This document shows, piece after piece, positions 18,640 to 28,089 of a stretch of 64,000 nucleotides of DNA. A model generated the notes under the pieces. The model had not been told where the DNA came from. It saw nothing but the letters and a program-made list of their open reading frames with translations, and ran no database searches. The first letter of the stretch is position 1. Each line of letters opens with the position of its first letter. The stretch is from Candidatus Bathyarchaeia archaeon (GTDB lineage Archaea > Thermoproteota > Bathyarchaeia > Bathyarchaeales > Bathycorpusculaceae): positions 13,063-77,062 of the forward strand of contig JBGPBS010000001.1 in NCBI GenBank assembly GCA_041481365.1, given 5' to 3'. A program made the position numbers and the translations under genes.

Positions 18640-19776
18640 CTATCTCTTGATCTCGTTTTGGTATATTTCGATGACGAGTTCGCCTATTGCTGGGGCGCTG
18701 GTTAGGCCTGGTGATTCTATGCCTATCAGGTTTATGAACCCTGGGAAACCCTTGTCCGCTTCATTTCTTATCACAAAGTCTCTGAATCCATCGCCTGGTC
18801 CCTGAAGTTTAGGTCTTATTCCGGCGAAATCAGCAATCAGCTGGTGGTTCTTGATGCTGGGCATGTATCTTTCCACGCCTTGTCTAAACTCCTTCTCGTC
18901 CGTTCCTACCACGTAATCAATGTTGTTCACGTAGTAGGCGTTCGGTCCCAGTCTCACTGCGCCGGCCAAGTCCGGAGTCAAGTGAATGCCCAATCCGGGG
19001 CCCTCAGGTACTGGGTATACCAGCATTTTGACGGGAGGCTTTCCGACTGTTCGGAAGTAGTCTCCCTTGCATGGATGCTGCCTGTACTTATGCTTGTCCA
19101 AGTCTATTCCGAGCATTTGGGCGATCTTGTCTGCGTAGAGACCTGCACAGTTTATCACTGTTTTCGCTTTGATGGTGAATTTCTCGGCTTGACTCGTTCC
19201 CCCTATTTCATAAACGTCTTTTGTTTTTCTCAGCGAAGTGACCTCAGTGTTTGTGGATAGGACGGCGCCGTTTCTTGAAGTTTTGGCGTGGTAATGCGCC
19301 ATTAGCTCATCAGGCTCGATTATGCCAGTCGAAGGCGAATAGAGACCGCGGTCAACTTCTACCCTTGGTTCAAGCTTCTTGACGGCTTCTCTGCTTAGGA
19401 ATTTCAACCCTTCGACCCCATTGTCTTGTCCCTGTTTCATCAGTTTTTCCAGCTCGACTACTTCCTCATCCGTGATGGCCACCGTCAATTTTCCGAGCCT
19501 CTTGTATGGAAGCTTGTACTTCTCGCATGTCTCATAGATCATGGGATTGGCTTTCACGCATAGCTTAGCTTTGATGGAGCCTCCCGGATAATGAATGCCA
19601 GAATGCACGACACTGCTGTTGTGGGTGCTAGTTTCCTGGCCATACTTTGCATTCTTCTCAAGAATCAGAACTCCTTCAGCTTTTTCCGAGATCTTGGCCG
19701 CCACTGCCAAACCAACGATGCCTGCCCCGATCACGACAACGTTTGTCTCTTCCAAAGACAGCCCCTCCGCCTGCAC
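18640..19776 (-). CDS. FAD-dependent oxidoreductase (L-2-hydroxyglutarate oxidase/DAO family)
   Basis: Dinucleotide fold VVVIGAGIVGLAVA; 378 aa; DAO-family layout. Confidence 0.75.
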   Translation of the reverse strand: MQAEGLSLEETNVVVIGAGIVGLAVAAKISEKAEGVLILEKNAKYGQETSTHNSSVVHSGIHYPGGSIKAKLCVKANPMIYETCEKYKLPYKRLGKLTVAITDEEVVELEKLMKQGQDNGVEGLKFLSREAVKKLEPRVEVDRGLYSPSTGIIEPDELMAHYHAKTSRNGAVLSTNTEVTSLRKTKDVYEIGGTSQAEKFTIKAKTVINCAGLYADKIAQMLGIDLDKHKYRQHPCKGDYFRTVGKPPVKMLVYPVPEGPGLGIHLTPDLAGAVRLGPNAYYVNNIDYVVGTDEKEFRQGVERYMPSIKNHQLIADFAGIRPKLQGPGDGFRDFVIRNEADKGFPGFINLIGIESPGLTSAPAIGELVIEIYQNEIKR

Positions 19777-19864
19777 GTTAATTCTTGATCAAAGATTTGA
19801 CCTTTGCTATCGGAGATTAGCGCGTGAAAAGGGCTTATCCCAATATTCCCACAAAAAGGTGATT

Positions 19865-20059
19865 TTAATGTAATCCATTCCCTGTTTCTTGATCTTGGTC
19901 TTCTGCTTCCAACTCCTTGATCTTTTCAAACATTAGATCGTAGATTTTCTGCCAAGTCTCGACCTCTTCGAGAGCTTCATACTGCTTGCGTAGGCGTTCC
20001 CAGTATTTTATCTCTTGTTCATAGAACTTCAGCCTCTTCTCTCTATGGCTATATTTCAT
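19865..20059 (-). CDS. Hypothetical small charged coiled-coil protein
   Basis: 64-aa ORF, K/E-rich heptad-like sequence; no recognisable domain. Confidence 0.35.
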   Translation of the reverse strand: MKYSHREKRLKFYEQEIKYWERLRKQYEALEEVETWQKIYDLMFEKIKELEAEDQDQETGNGLH

Positions 20060-20202
20060 CTCTTCAACATCTCACAACATCAGCAGAAACTGGCGCACCT
20101 CATGCTCAGAACAACGCAGCATGACGGGATGACTATCTGGTTCATTAAAATTCTAACCTAATTGGTCAAACCGAATACTGATTCTCTGGTTGAGAAACGC
20201 AT

Positions 20203-20283
20203 TCATTCTTTCCATCTGCCCTTTCTCTTCATTCTTTTCAAGTATCTTTGCTTTCTTCCGAGTTTTTTCCTAGCTCTTTTCAT
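20203..20283 (-). CDS. Possible 26-aa extremely basic mini-ORF (eL41-like composition)
   Basis: My translation: MKRARKKLGRKQRYLKRMKRKGRWKE. GAGG lies 13 nt upstream and a TATTATAT element about 70 nt upstream. The ORF sits in a ~170-nt strongly purine-rich (minus-strand) tract. Confidence 0.25.
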   Translation of the reverse strand: MKRARKKLGRKQRYLKRMKRKGRWKE

Positions 20284-20455
20284 TGCGCTTCAATTCCTCT
20301 TTTCTACAAACATTCTGGAACCTTGTATTCTCACCTTACTATGTCTTGTCTTTCTCCCATATAATACCGAGTCTGCCCCATAAAGGGATTCATGAGAGTT
20401 GCCCCAAACCCTAAAAAGCGAACATGACATAGACTGTGCCAGAGAGGTGATTTGG

Positions 20456-20683
20456 ATGCCTTTGGCGTTCATTTTGATTAGCACTGAGGAATTCGACTTG
20501 CAGTTGATGAATGCACTGAAGAAGATCAAGGGAGTTGAGGAAGCTTATCCGCTCTACGGAGTCTACGACGTGATTGTGAGGACAAGAGCAGAAACGATGG
20601 ATGGAATCAAGGAAATACACAACAAGATACGGAAGCTGGAGAAGATCAGGCAAACGCTAACGATGATCGCGCATGAAGAGTAG
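20456..20683 (+). CDS. Stand-alone Lrp/AsnC-type ligand-binding (RAM) domain protein
   Basis: MPLAFILISTE...IKGVEEAYPLYGVYDVIVRTRAETMDGI...L.KIRQTLTMI matches the AsnC C-terminal domain. No HTH is present. Confidence 0.75.
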   Translation: MPLAFILISTEEFDLQLMNALKKIKGVEEAYPLYGVYDVIVRTRAETMDGIKEIHNKIRKLEKIRQTLTMIAHEE

Positions 20684-20960
20684 ACAGCGCGCGTTCAAAT
20701 TGGGGGGCAGGGTCACTAGAACACCAATGCAGGTTTAGGTGCACTGACGCCGTTGCTTGAGCTTTGCAATTAACATCTTCGACTAGAATGCTTGGATATT
20801 TGAAGCCAAGATGTAGAACTTGATTGAGGAAGGGTTAATAGGGACGAAAACTTTTTATATGCGGTGTATAACGAAGCGAAATTGTTAATTGGATTCCTCA
20901 GATTGCATCTGGGTAAGATTACGTTTTCAATTTCGGCCTAGCTAATAGAGGTGATTCTAT

Positions 20961-21206
20961 ATGTCTGAAAGAAGAATGTTCGAAATCAAATGTACTGAAT
21001 GTGGCAATACCGCGATGGTGCCTTTCAAGCCTTCAGCGAACAAGCCAGTTTACTGTAGCACTTGCTTCTCTAAACACGTGCTCAAGCAAAGGGAGACTGT
21101 CAGCACAGACTTGAGTTTTAACCCGAAACAAGCATGGGCAAGGCGAGGAGACAGTTGGCACGGAAGAAAGGAAGCAAGACCCGCTAACATTTTCCAAGAG
21201 TATTAA
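20961..21206 (+). CDS. CxxC-x17-CxxC zinc-ribbon protein
   Basis: KCTECGNTAMVPFKPSANKPVYCSTCFSK. GAGGTGAT Shine-Dalgarno-like element 8 nt upstream. TATA-like CTTTTTATAT about 100 nt upstream. Confidence 0.8.
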   Translation: MSERRMFEIKCTECGNTAMVPFKPSANKPVYCSTCFSKHVLKQRETVSTDLSFNPKQAWARRGDSWHGRKEARPANIFQEY

Positions 21207-21281
21207 CAGCGTCTCCAGAAGCTTCTCGGATCACAGAATGCTACAGCGAGAACGCTGACAAGAATATAAGGGAAAGCAAGA

Positions 21282-21713
21282 GTGGAATCCGCTATGCATT
21301 GCACGCATTGCGGAATATGTTGTGAGAAAACTGAAATGATGCTTTGCAGTGGGGACGTTGAACGTTTGGAAAGAGTAGGTTATGACAGACAGAGATTTGT
21401 ACGTTATGACAGGCATGGTTTCGCCAGACTAAAGAACGCCCAAGGGACATGCATTTTCTATGATAATGAAAAATGCCGCTGCAAGGCCTATGCACACCGA
21501 CCATCAGGATGCAGAGTTTATCCAGTGATCTTCAGCAAAAAAGAAGGAATAATAGTGGATGATCTCTGCCCGATGAAAAACACGATCTCAAGAATAGAAC
21601 TTGAAAAAAAAGGCAAAAAAGTGATAAAGCTTCTCCAAAGAATAGACAAAGAAGCATCCTCTTATCGAAATCACACCAGGCAAATGCTCAGCACCGGTCT
21701 GAGTCCAGGATAA
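21282..21713 (+). CDS. YkgJ-family cysteine-cluster protein (CxxCxxCC)
   Basis: HCTHCGICCEKT motif plus downstream Cys residues. GTG at 21282 or ATG at 21294. Confidence 0.75.
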   Translation: MESAMHCTHCGICCEKTEMMLCSGDVERLERVGYDRQRFVRYDRHGFARLKNAQGTCIFYDNEKCRCKAYAHRPSGCRVYPVIFSKKEGIIVDDLCPMKNTISRIELEKKGKKVIKLLQRIDKEASSYRNHTRQMLSTGLSPG

Positions 21714-22198
21714 AACCTTGCCAAGTATGGATCAGTCGAGCCTCAATCAGAAAAAATCGCATGAGATGGCGGAATCTATTTTGTCGCCATTTTGTCATAT
21801 CAAATTCAACACGAACACTTGCTGCATGGTTTGTGTTGTTGATGGCGGTCGTGTCGATTGTGGCGACGTTTCTGGCGTTGCTCTCGCGGCCATCGAGTAG
21901 TGAAAGAGCGTTATTCCTGCGGTAGAATAGGCTGTATGAACGCTGTTAACATGTTGCTTGCGAGAGTGCCGACTGGGTCGAATGGAGCACTAATCCATCC
22001 AGTTATACGTCTACTACCCCGATTATTACGTAGAAGAGAAGCAGCAGTCCAGTCGTGGACCAACATACAATAGCTCTTGAAGCGCGCTAATCCAAAAGAC
22101 GACGTTAACGATTGAAAAAACGATAGACAGACTCCATGAAAAAACAAGTCTTGCGTAAGCTTTTATTTGACCCAATGCTATTGCAAATTGTGAGAAAC

Positions 22199-22711
22199 AT
22201 GAACGCGAAATCGTTTTTGGTCATATCGCTGGCCGTTTTCCTGCTTCCAATTGCGACCACGCAGATCTATAGCGTGAAAGCAACAACTGTCCGCAGCTTC
22301 ACTCTATATGGAGCGCGCGAATTAGGGTGGGGTTTCACAGCATCGAATATTACGAGTCCGGGCCCAACAATCGTAGTCGAGCAAGGCGACACCGTCAACA
22401 TGACTCTGACAAGTCATGATGGTTCTCCCCACCAGTTTTGGGTCATCTACACCAACGGTTCATCGACTCCCCAATCAGGCGACCCACTGTCCCTTCAGTT
22501 CTCTGGTACGGTGAACTATTCATTCGCGGCCACCAACACAATTGGAACGTACGAGTACCGATGTTCCATTCACGGTCACCCGATGTACGGATACATGAAA
22601 GTGGTTCCAACGGGCACGATCCCAGAATTTCAGCCACTGATAATGCTGTCACTGCTCGTTGCAGGCACAATAGTCGCCGCCCTAGCTTACAAGAGAAAAA
22701 AGAAAGTCTAG
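22199..22711 (+). CDS. Type 1 (blue) copper protein with signal peptide and a PEF-CTERM-like sorting tail
   Basis: Cu ligand pattern SPHQFWV ... YRCSIHGHPMYGYM. N-terminal signal MNAKSFLVISLAVFLLPIATT. C-terminus IPEF-QPLIMLSLLVAGTIVAALAY-KRKKKV. Confidence 0.8.
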   Translation: MNAKSFLVISLAVFLLPIATTQIYSVKATTVRSFTLYGARELGWGFTASNITSPGPTIVVEQGDTVNMTLTSHDGSPHQFWVIYTNGSSTPQSGDPLSLQFSGTVNYSFAATNTIGTYEYRCSIHGHPMYGYMKVVPTGTIPEFQPLIMLSLLVAGTIVAALAYKRKKKV

Positions 22712-23224
22712 TTTGCCATTTCCCCTCTTTCTGTTTCTATCCCATGGTTTCCAAACTGCCCAGAACAGTAGCCACTAGGACAGAAGACGTTGGCTCTTTC
22801 GTGCGAGTCTACGGCTTAAACGTGTATTCCAGATCGCCCAGCAGTTGTAGCGTAGTTGAGGAATTCAACGCGCAACCTTTCGTCTTATGGCAGCTGTTTC
22901 CAGCTGAGTGGCCCGGTCTAGCGTCGGAAACAGGCGGTTGTCTTGGATATCGACCGGAAATGTTATACAGCCTTGTCTACTTTTTTCTGGCGTAGCTCTT
23001 TACATGTACTGTCTTGTTTTTTCTGCCTGGTTTAGATCGTATATATGCATGTACTTTCATTTTCTCACTGACACCATAACAGGAGGCTAAGACTAGAAAA
23101 GAATTATGAATCGATAATCAATAGCTGAACTAACGTATTCCCGACGCTTGTCGTGCACTTCTCGCGCAGTAAATCGCGGCAGTTGTTTGGTCCTATCGTC
23201 TTTAGCTATTTCAGTGTGTTCTGC

Positions 23225-23749
23225 TCACATTTCGAAGTCTAAGCTTGCCTGCCTTCTGGGCAATACTTTAAGCAGGTCATGGATAATTTTCCTCACCGCT
23301 ACGCCAACCTCGCGTGAGAGTCCTTCTCCAAAATCAGTCTCCTTAGGCTCAACTAGGACTAGGCCTATCTTGGCTTTCCCCATTTTCATAATGTACTCGC
23401 AGAATATTCTCATCGGAAGTGTATGCGTTGAGAACGCGGGAGAATCCTGCAGCTGTGTGGAATCAAGGAGTCTTGGTTCTCCAGGTTTCAACCCCAAGAT
23501 TGCAGCGTCTATCAGTAGAACGTGAGTAGGATCAAAATCCAGTATTTGTTGGGTGAAGCTTTCCGGAACAGTCTCACACTCAATTAGCAATACGTTCTCG
23601 GAGACTTTCCCATGCAGGCCCTGGATTACTTTGACCCCAAGAAAGTCATCTGATCGGATGGGGTTTCCGATCCCGGCGACTACGACCTTCTCGGCGTCTG
23701 AAAGCCACTCTTTCAGATCTTCATAAATGCCATGTTTCATGACAGCCAC
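23225..23749 (-). CDS. [NiFe] hydrogenase maturation endopeptidase
   Basis: VVVAGIGNPIRSDDFLGVKV (GxGNxxxxDDxxG). Lies directly downstream of the large-subunit gene. Confidence 0.85.
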   Translation of the reverse strand: MAVMKHGIYEDLKEWLSDAEKVVVAGIGNPIRSDDFLGVKVIQGLHGKVSENVLLIECETVPESFTQQILDFDPTHVLLIDAAILGLKPGEPRLLDSTQLQDSPAFSTHTLPMRIFCEYIMKMGKAKIGLVLVEPKETDFGEGLSREVGVAVRKIIHDLLKVLPRRQASLDFEM

Positions 23750-23799
23750 CTAGCGCCGCATCAGAAAAAGCAAAAATAGGGAGAGTGGTGAGAGGAAGT

Positions 23800-25254
23800 T
23801 TACCGTTGGATTGTTTTGATCAGCTGCCTCTTGCTGTCGAATATGTTTACTGTGAGGGGCATCTGTCCGACTGCATAGTGTGTGGCACATCCGAAGCAAG
23901 GGTCGTAGGCTCTGAAGGCCATTTCAACCATGTTGAGCACGCCTTGGTCCACTCTGCCACCGTGGATCACGCCTTTGGCCGCATCGCGGATTGACATGCA
24001 GATCGCGGGATAATTGTTAGTCGTTGCCACTATCAGGTTGACGTCTTTCACGAGCGCGTCCTTGTCTAGCACGTAGTGGTGGAACAATGTTCCTCTAGCA
24101 GCTTCGACGACTCCTACGCCTTCGCTGGGGTCGCCTGGCTTGTTCCTCACGTTTGTGCTCGTTATCTCTGGGTCCCTGCTGAGCTCAAGCCCCTTTTCCG
24201 CAGCGTACAGCAGCTCGATCAGTCGTGCCCAGTGGAAAGCCAACGTGCCATGCACAGGTTTGCCGCCAAGGGTCTTGTACATCTGTTCATACTCTGCTTG
24301 GGCAAGCGGCGTGGTCATGCCGTCTGAAGCGTTGAGCCTTGCAAGTGGGCCAACGCGATAGACTCCGCTGTCCATCCCGTAGACTTGGCCTTTCCATCCG
24401 ACCTTCTTCAGGTACGGGAACTTTGCATAGGTCCATTCTTCCACGTGTTCGCCGACGTAGTTCAGATAGTCCTTGGGTTCAAACTTCAGGAACTCCTTGC
24501 CGTTAGGGTCGACGACTCTGATTTGGCCATCGTAGAAGTTTACCTTGTTGTTCTCGTCAACCAAGCCCATGTAATACGTCTTCATCGTATAGGCTTCGCT
24601 CTTGATCATGTCCACATATTTGCTATTGCCCAAAACGATGCTGTGGAACAGCTTCAACGTGAGCTTCGCAAACTCCACCGAAGAGGCGGTCATCCTCTCG
24701 ATTTCCTTCCTATTATCTTCGCTCAGCGCCTTGGATATTCCCCCAGGCAGCCCACATACTGGATGCGTTGCTTTTCCGCCCAGAATCTCCGTTATCTTCT
24801 GCCCATATGCCCTGTGCTTGATGACTTCTTTGGCGACGTCCATGCCTGCTTTTTCGATGACACCGAGGATGTTTCTTTTCTGAGGCGGCGCATCTGGCCC
24901 GACTATGAAGTCTGGACCGCCGAGAAAGTAGAAGTGCAGAATGTGATCGTAGATGATGTATCCTGCATACATGAGTTCTCTGAGCTTCTTTGCAGCTGAT
25001 GGCGGTTCAACGCTGAAGGCCGCGTCCAACGCTTTTACTGCTGCGAAATGGTGTGCCACTGGGCAGACGCCGCATATTCTCGTGGTCAGTATGGGCATCA
25101 GTTCAGCTCTGCGTCCAATGCAGAACTTTTCGAAGCCCCTGAGTTCCGGAATCTTCAGATACGCATTTTCAACTTCGCCCGCGTCGTTCAAGAATATTGA
25201 AATGTTCCCGTGGCCTTCAAGCCTGCTAATCGGGTCTATGATTACTTCTTTCAT
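23800..25254 (-). CDS. mvhA: F420-non-reducing (Mvh-type) [NiFe] hydrogenase large subunit
   Basis: N-terminal RLEGHG and RICGVCPVAH. C-terminal DPCFGCATH, followed by a 25-aa extension of the kind removed by the maturation protease. Confidence 0.9.
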   Translation of the reverse strand: MKEVIIDPISRLEGHGNISIFLNDAGEVENAYLKIPELRGFEKFCIGRRAELMPILTTRICGVCPVAHHFAAVKALDAAFSVEPPSAAKKLRELMYAGYIIYDHILHFYFLGGPDFIVGPDAPPQKRNILGVIEKAGMDVAKEVIKHRAYGQKITEILGGKATHPVCGLPGGISKALSEDNRKEIERMTASSVEFAKLTLKLFHSIVLGNSKYVDMIKSEAYTMKTYYMGLVDENNKVNFYDGQIRVVDPNGKEFLKFEPKDYLNYVGEHVEEWTYAKFPYLKKVGWKGQVYGMDSGVYRVGPLARLNASDGMTTPLAQAEYEQMYKTLGGKPVHGTLAFHWARLIELLYAAEKGLELSRDPEITSTNVRNKPGDPSEGVGVVEAARGTLFHHYVLDKDALVKDVNLIVATTNNYPAICMSIRDAAKGVIHGGRVDQGVLNMVEMAFRAYDPCFGCATHYAVGQMPLTVNIFDSKRQLIKTIQR

Positions 25255-26252
25255 TCCTTCATCACCTTTCTTCTAAGAAGCGACGATGGCAAAGAGTACA
25301 TGTAGAACGTGCCCACAGGGTCTTTAATCTGGCTCATGAGCTTCTCAACATCCTCTTCAGTGTAATGATCCTGCTCAGTCTCCAAGCCTAATATCGAAGC
25401 TATAGCGCTCATCATTGCTGCACCTTGCTCCGGCGAGTTTGGGCATGGACCGCCGCATCCCGTGCATGGCATGTCAACGGTCAAGCATTGGGCGCCGCAT
25501 CCGCTTCGAGTGGCTGGCCCCATGCAGATGATTCCCTGTTCGAGCAGGCATCTTTCGGGTTCAGGAACTTTCTCGTGAACGCGGTATATCTTCGAGATTT
25601 TTTTGTTTTCCTTCTTCCTTGGACACTCGTCGCAGACGGATTTTAGGGGTGCAAGAACTGAGCCTTTTGCTGGAAGCTCGTTCTTTCTTATGGCGTCAAT
25701 GGTGTTCAATATCAGCTTGACTGGCGGTGGACAGCCTGGCAGGTAATAGTCAACTTTGACGGTTTGATCCAAAGTCTTGACCGTGTCGTAAAATTCTGGG
25801 AGCTTCAGGACTCCCTCTTTTACTACAGTCTTGGTCTGCGGGATGACTCCTTCAGCGTTTGAAACGGACTTGCTCTCAAGATAAACCTTGCTGAAGATCT
25901 CTTTGCGGTCATGAAGATTCGCTAGGCCGGGTATGCATCCTTCTTGCGCGCATGACCCGAAGGCCACGAGTGTCTTTGCCTTCTTCCTCAGAAGCTTGGC
26001 CATATGTTCTTGTTCTTCGCTCCTCACGGACCCGTTGAAAAAACATACGTCGATGTAGTTGTCAGGCATGTTTTCCACGTCCTTGTATTTGACGTCCATC
26101 GCCACGGGCCAGAACACTATGTCCGCAATGTTCACTACATCCAAGATCTTCTCGTTGATATCCAACACTGCGATCTCGCATCCACCGCAGCTTGCAGCCC
26201 AATAGAAGGCTAACTTCAGCTTCTCTTTCGGCATCTTACTTCTCTCCATCAC
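25251..26252 (-). CDS. mvhG: Mvh-type [NiFe] hydrogenase small subunit
   Basis: AASCGGCEIAVLD, GSCAQEGCIPG and C-terminal Cys clusters. ATGA-type overlap with mvhA. Start ambiguous (GTG 26252, ATG 26249 or ATG 26234). Confidence 0.88.
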   Translation of the reverse strand: MMERSKMPKEKLKLAFYWAASCGGCEIAVLDINEKILDVVNIADIVFWPVAMDVKYKDVENMPDNYIDVCFFNGSVRSEEQEHMAKLLRKKAKTLVAFGSCAQEGCIPGLANLHDRKEIFSKVYLESKSVSNAEGVIPQTKTVVKEGVLKLPEFYDTVKTLDQTVKVDYYLPGCPPPVKLILNTIDAIRKNELPAKGSVLAPLKSVCDECPRKKENKKISKIYRVHEKVPEPERCLLEQGIICMGPATRSGCGAQCLTVDMPCTGCGGPCPNSPEQGAAMMSAIASILGLETEQDHYTEEDVEKLMSQIKDPVGTFYMYSLPSSLLRRKVMKE

Positions 26253-27150
26253 AAACTTTGCCCAGCATTTTTGAAACGTCCACCCTGAGCTCGTTAAACG
26301 CCAACTCTCCAGGCTTCATGCCCATTGCCAAACCGAGTAGCTGTGGATAATGCAATATTGGAATGCCGTAAACCTCGTTAAACATCTTCTCAATTCGCAG
26401 CTCATTCGTGTCATACATTATGTGACAGAACGGGCAAATCGTAATCATGGCCTCTGCATCAACCGTTTTGAGGTGACTAAGCTTGTCCCTGGCAAGCTGC
26501 AGGGCAACCTTGTCGCTCACACCTACGCTCGGGGCGCCACAGCATTCAGTCTCATCCATGTAGTCTAAGCATGTCGCACCAGTGGCTTCAATCAGCGTCT
26601 TAAGTGTCTTAGGATCCTCAGGATCGTCAAATCCGATGAATTCTTTGGGCCTCAGAATGTGGCATCCATTGTGTTCAGCAACTTTGAGCATAGTAAGCGG
26701 CTTGGACACCGAGTTCTTGATCCTCTTCAACCCGACATCCTCGATCAACACTTGCATAAAATGCTTCGCATCAGAAGTTCCCTTAAACTCCAAACCGGCA
26801 TCCTTCAAGTGGCCGTTTATGTCATCACGCAAATCCTTGTCTTCCTTGAGCATCTTGTTGACTTTCTTCAAAGTTCCCGCGCAACCAGGACACAAGGTGA
26901 CAATCTTTAGGCCTTCACGTTCGGCCAAGGCCAAGTTTCTAGCAGCAAGTATGAGCATCATTTCATGACTAACCGGATCCAACGGCAGACCGCAGCAGTT
27001 GAATTCGCGCATCTCCTGCAGCTCCACGCCTAACCTGCCCAAGACCTTACGTGCCGAAATCTCAAAGGCGCTAACACGGTAAGGAATCGCACAGCCTAGA
27101 AAGATGAGATACTTTGAATCCGCCAATTCACTCACCCTTCTTTCCCACAT
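26236..27150 (-). CDS. hdrB: Heterodisulfide reductase subunit B (two CCG domains)
   Basis: FNCCGLPLD and TECCGAPS CCG motifs; 304 aa. Confidence 0.9.
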   Translation of the reverse strand: MWERRVSELADSKYLIFLGCAIPYRVSAFEISARKVLGRLGVELQEMREFNCCGLPLDPVSHEMMLILAARNLALAEREGLKIVTLCPGCAGTLKKVNKMLKEDKDLRDDINGHLKDAGLEFKGTSDAKHFMQVLIEDVGLKRIKNSVSKPLTMLKVAEHNGCHILRPKEFIGFDDPEDPKTLKTLIEATGATCLDYMDETECCGAPSVGVSDKVALQLARDKLSHLKTVDAEAMITICPFCHIMYDTNELRIEKMFNEVYGIPILHYPQLLGLAMGMKPGELAFNELRVDVSKMLGKVCDGEK

Positions 27151-27652
27151 ATTTCATAAAGTGCACGTTCAGAAGCGTCTTGCCTATGCTGTCTGGGTTT
27201 CCCTTCGGCAGCGGAGGCAACCCTAACTGTTCCCTCTTTCTCATTCTCAACTCTGGAATCTTGTACGCGTATCCTGACTCAAGAATGCTTGACGCCTGCT
27301 CCTTGAAGACCTGTGGCACGCAGCCCTGCTCTGCAGCCAAGTTTCTCAAGACACGTATGACACTTGCTACCTCAACGTCTTGTGGGCAGCGATCCGTACA
27401 TGTGAAACATGCCGCGCAGAGCCACAGTGTGTCGCTCTTCAACACTCTGTCTTTGAGGCCGAGCTGAGCCATGCGAATAATCTGTCTGGGCCTGTAGGTG
27501 TCGCTGAACCTTGCAACAGGACAGTCAGACGTGCAAGTCCCACACTGGAAGCAGCGCATCAGCTTCTCGCCGCCGCGCATCTTTGAAATATCATATTTGA
27601 ACTTCGGATCCATCTCCGAAGCCTTGATCATTTTCTTCTCCGACTGTTCCAT
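27128..27652 (-). CDS. hdrC: Heterodisulfide reductase subunit C (2x[4Fe-4S])
   Basis: CFQCGTCTSDCP and CAACFTCTDRCP. Confidence 0.9.
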   Translation of the reverse strand: MEQSEKKMIKASEMDPKFKYDISKMRGGEKLMRCFQCGTCTSDCPVARFSDTYRPRQIIRMAQLGLKDRVLKSDTLWLCAACFTCTDRCPQDVEVASVIRVLRNLAAEQGCVPQVFKEQASSILESGYAYKIPELRMRKREQLGLPPLPKGNPDSIGKTLLNVHFMKYVGKKGE

Positions 27653-28089
27653 TAGGCTTCAACCTCCTTGCCTCCAAGCGGGTTCGGCCCGAGCTTCTTT
27701 ATGTCATCAACCATGTCGCGCACCACCGCGGCAAACTTGTCCCCTTCACTCGCCGAAATCCACTCCAACCGCAAACGTTCAGGCTCTATCCCGAAATCCT
27801 TCAAAACTTCCCTCAACAACGTAATCCTCCGCAACGCCTTGAAGTTCCCACTAATGTAATGGCAGTCCGAAGGCAAGTGACAACCAGCAACAAGCACGCC
27901 GTCCGCGCCATCCTTGAAAGCCTCAAGGATAAAGGCCGGATCGATTCTGCCGCTGCACATGACACGGATGATCCTAATGTTCGGAGGATATTGTATTCTG
28001 CTGACGCCGGCCAAGTCTGCACCAGCATAGCTACACCAGTTACATAAGAAACCGATGATCTTCGGCTCAAACCCATTCTTTTCACTCAT
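27652..28089 (-). CDS. mvhD: Methyl-viologen-reducing hydrogenase delta subunit
   Basis: IGFLCNWCSYAGADLAGVSRIQYPPNIRIIRVMCSGRIDP. TAATG overlap with hdrC and ATGA overlap with hdrA. Confidence 0.9.
   Translation of the reverse strand: MSEKNGFEPKIIGFLCNWCSYAGADLAGVSRIQYPPNIRIIRVMCSGRIDPAFILEAFKDGADGVLVAGCHLPSDCHYISGNFKALRRITLLREVLKDFGIEPERLRLEWISASEGDKFAAVVRDMVDDIKKLGPNPLGGKEVEA
27986..28072. repeat. 87-nt segment perfectly identical to 31792-31878 (5-prime coding region of mvhD copy 1)
   Basis: Base-by-base comparison of both loci. Identity begins at GGATATTGTATTCTG and ends at CGGCTCAAAC. The flanks diverge immediately. Confidence 0.9.

Noticed and set aside
21714-22198. Three overlapping 60-78-aa ORFs (21718-21900, 21858-22073, 21911-22147) in the gap before the cupredoxin gene
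   Set aside because: The translations are Cys/Arg-rich or low-complexity with no motifs and overlap each other. I treat the region as a long non-coding upstream region.
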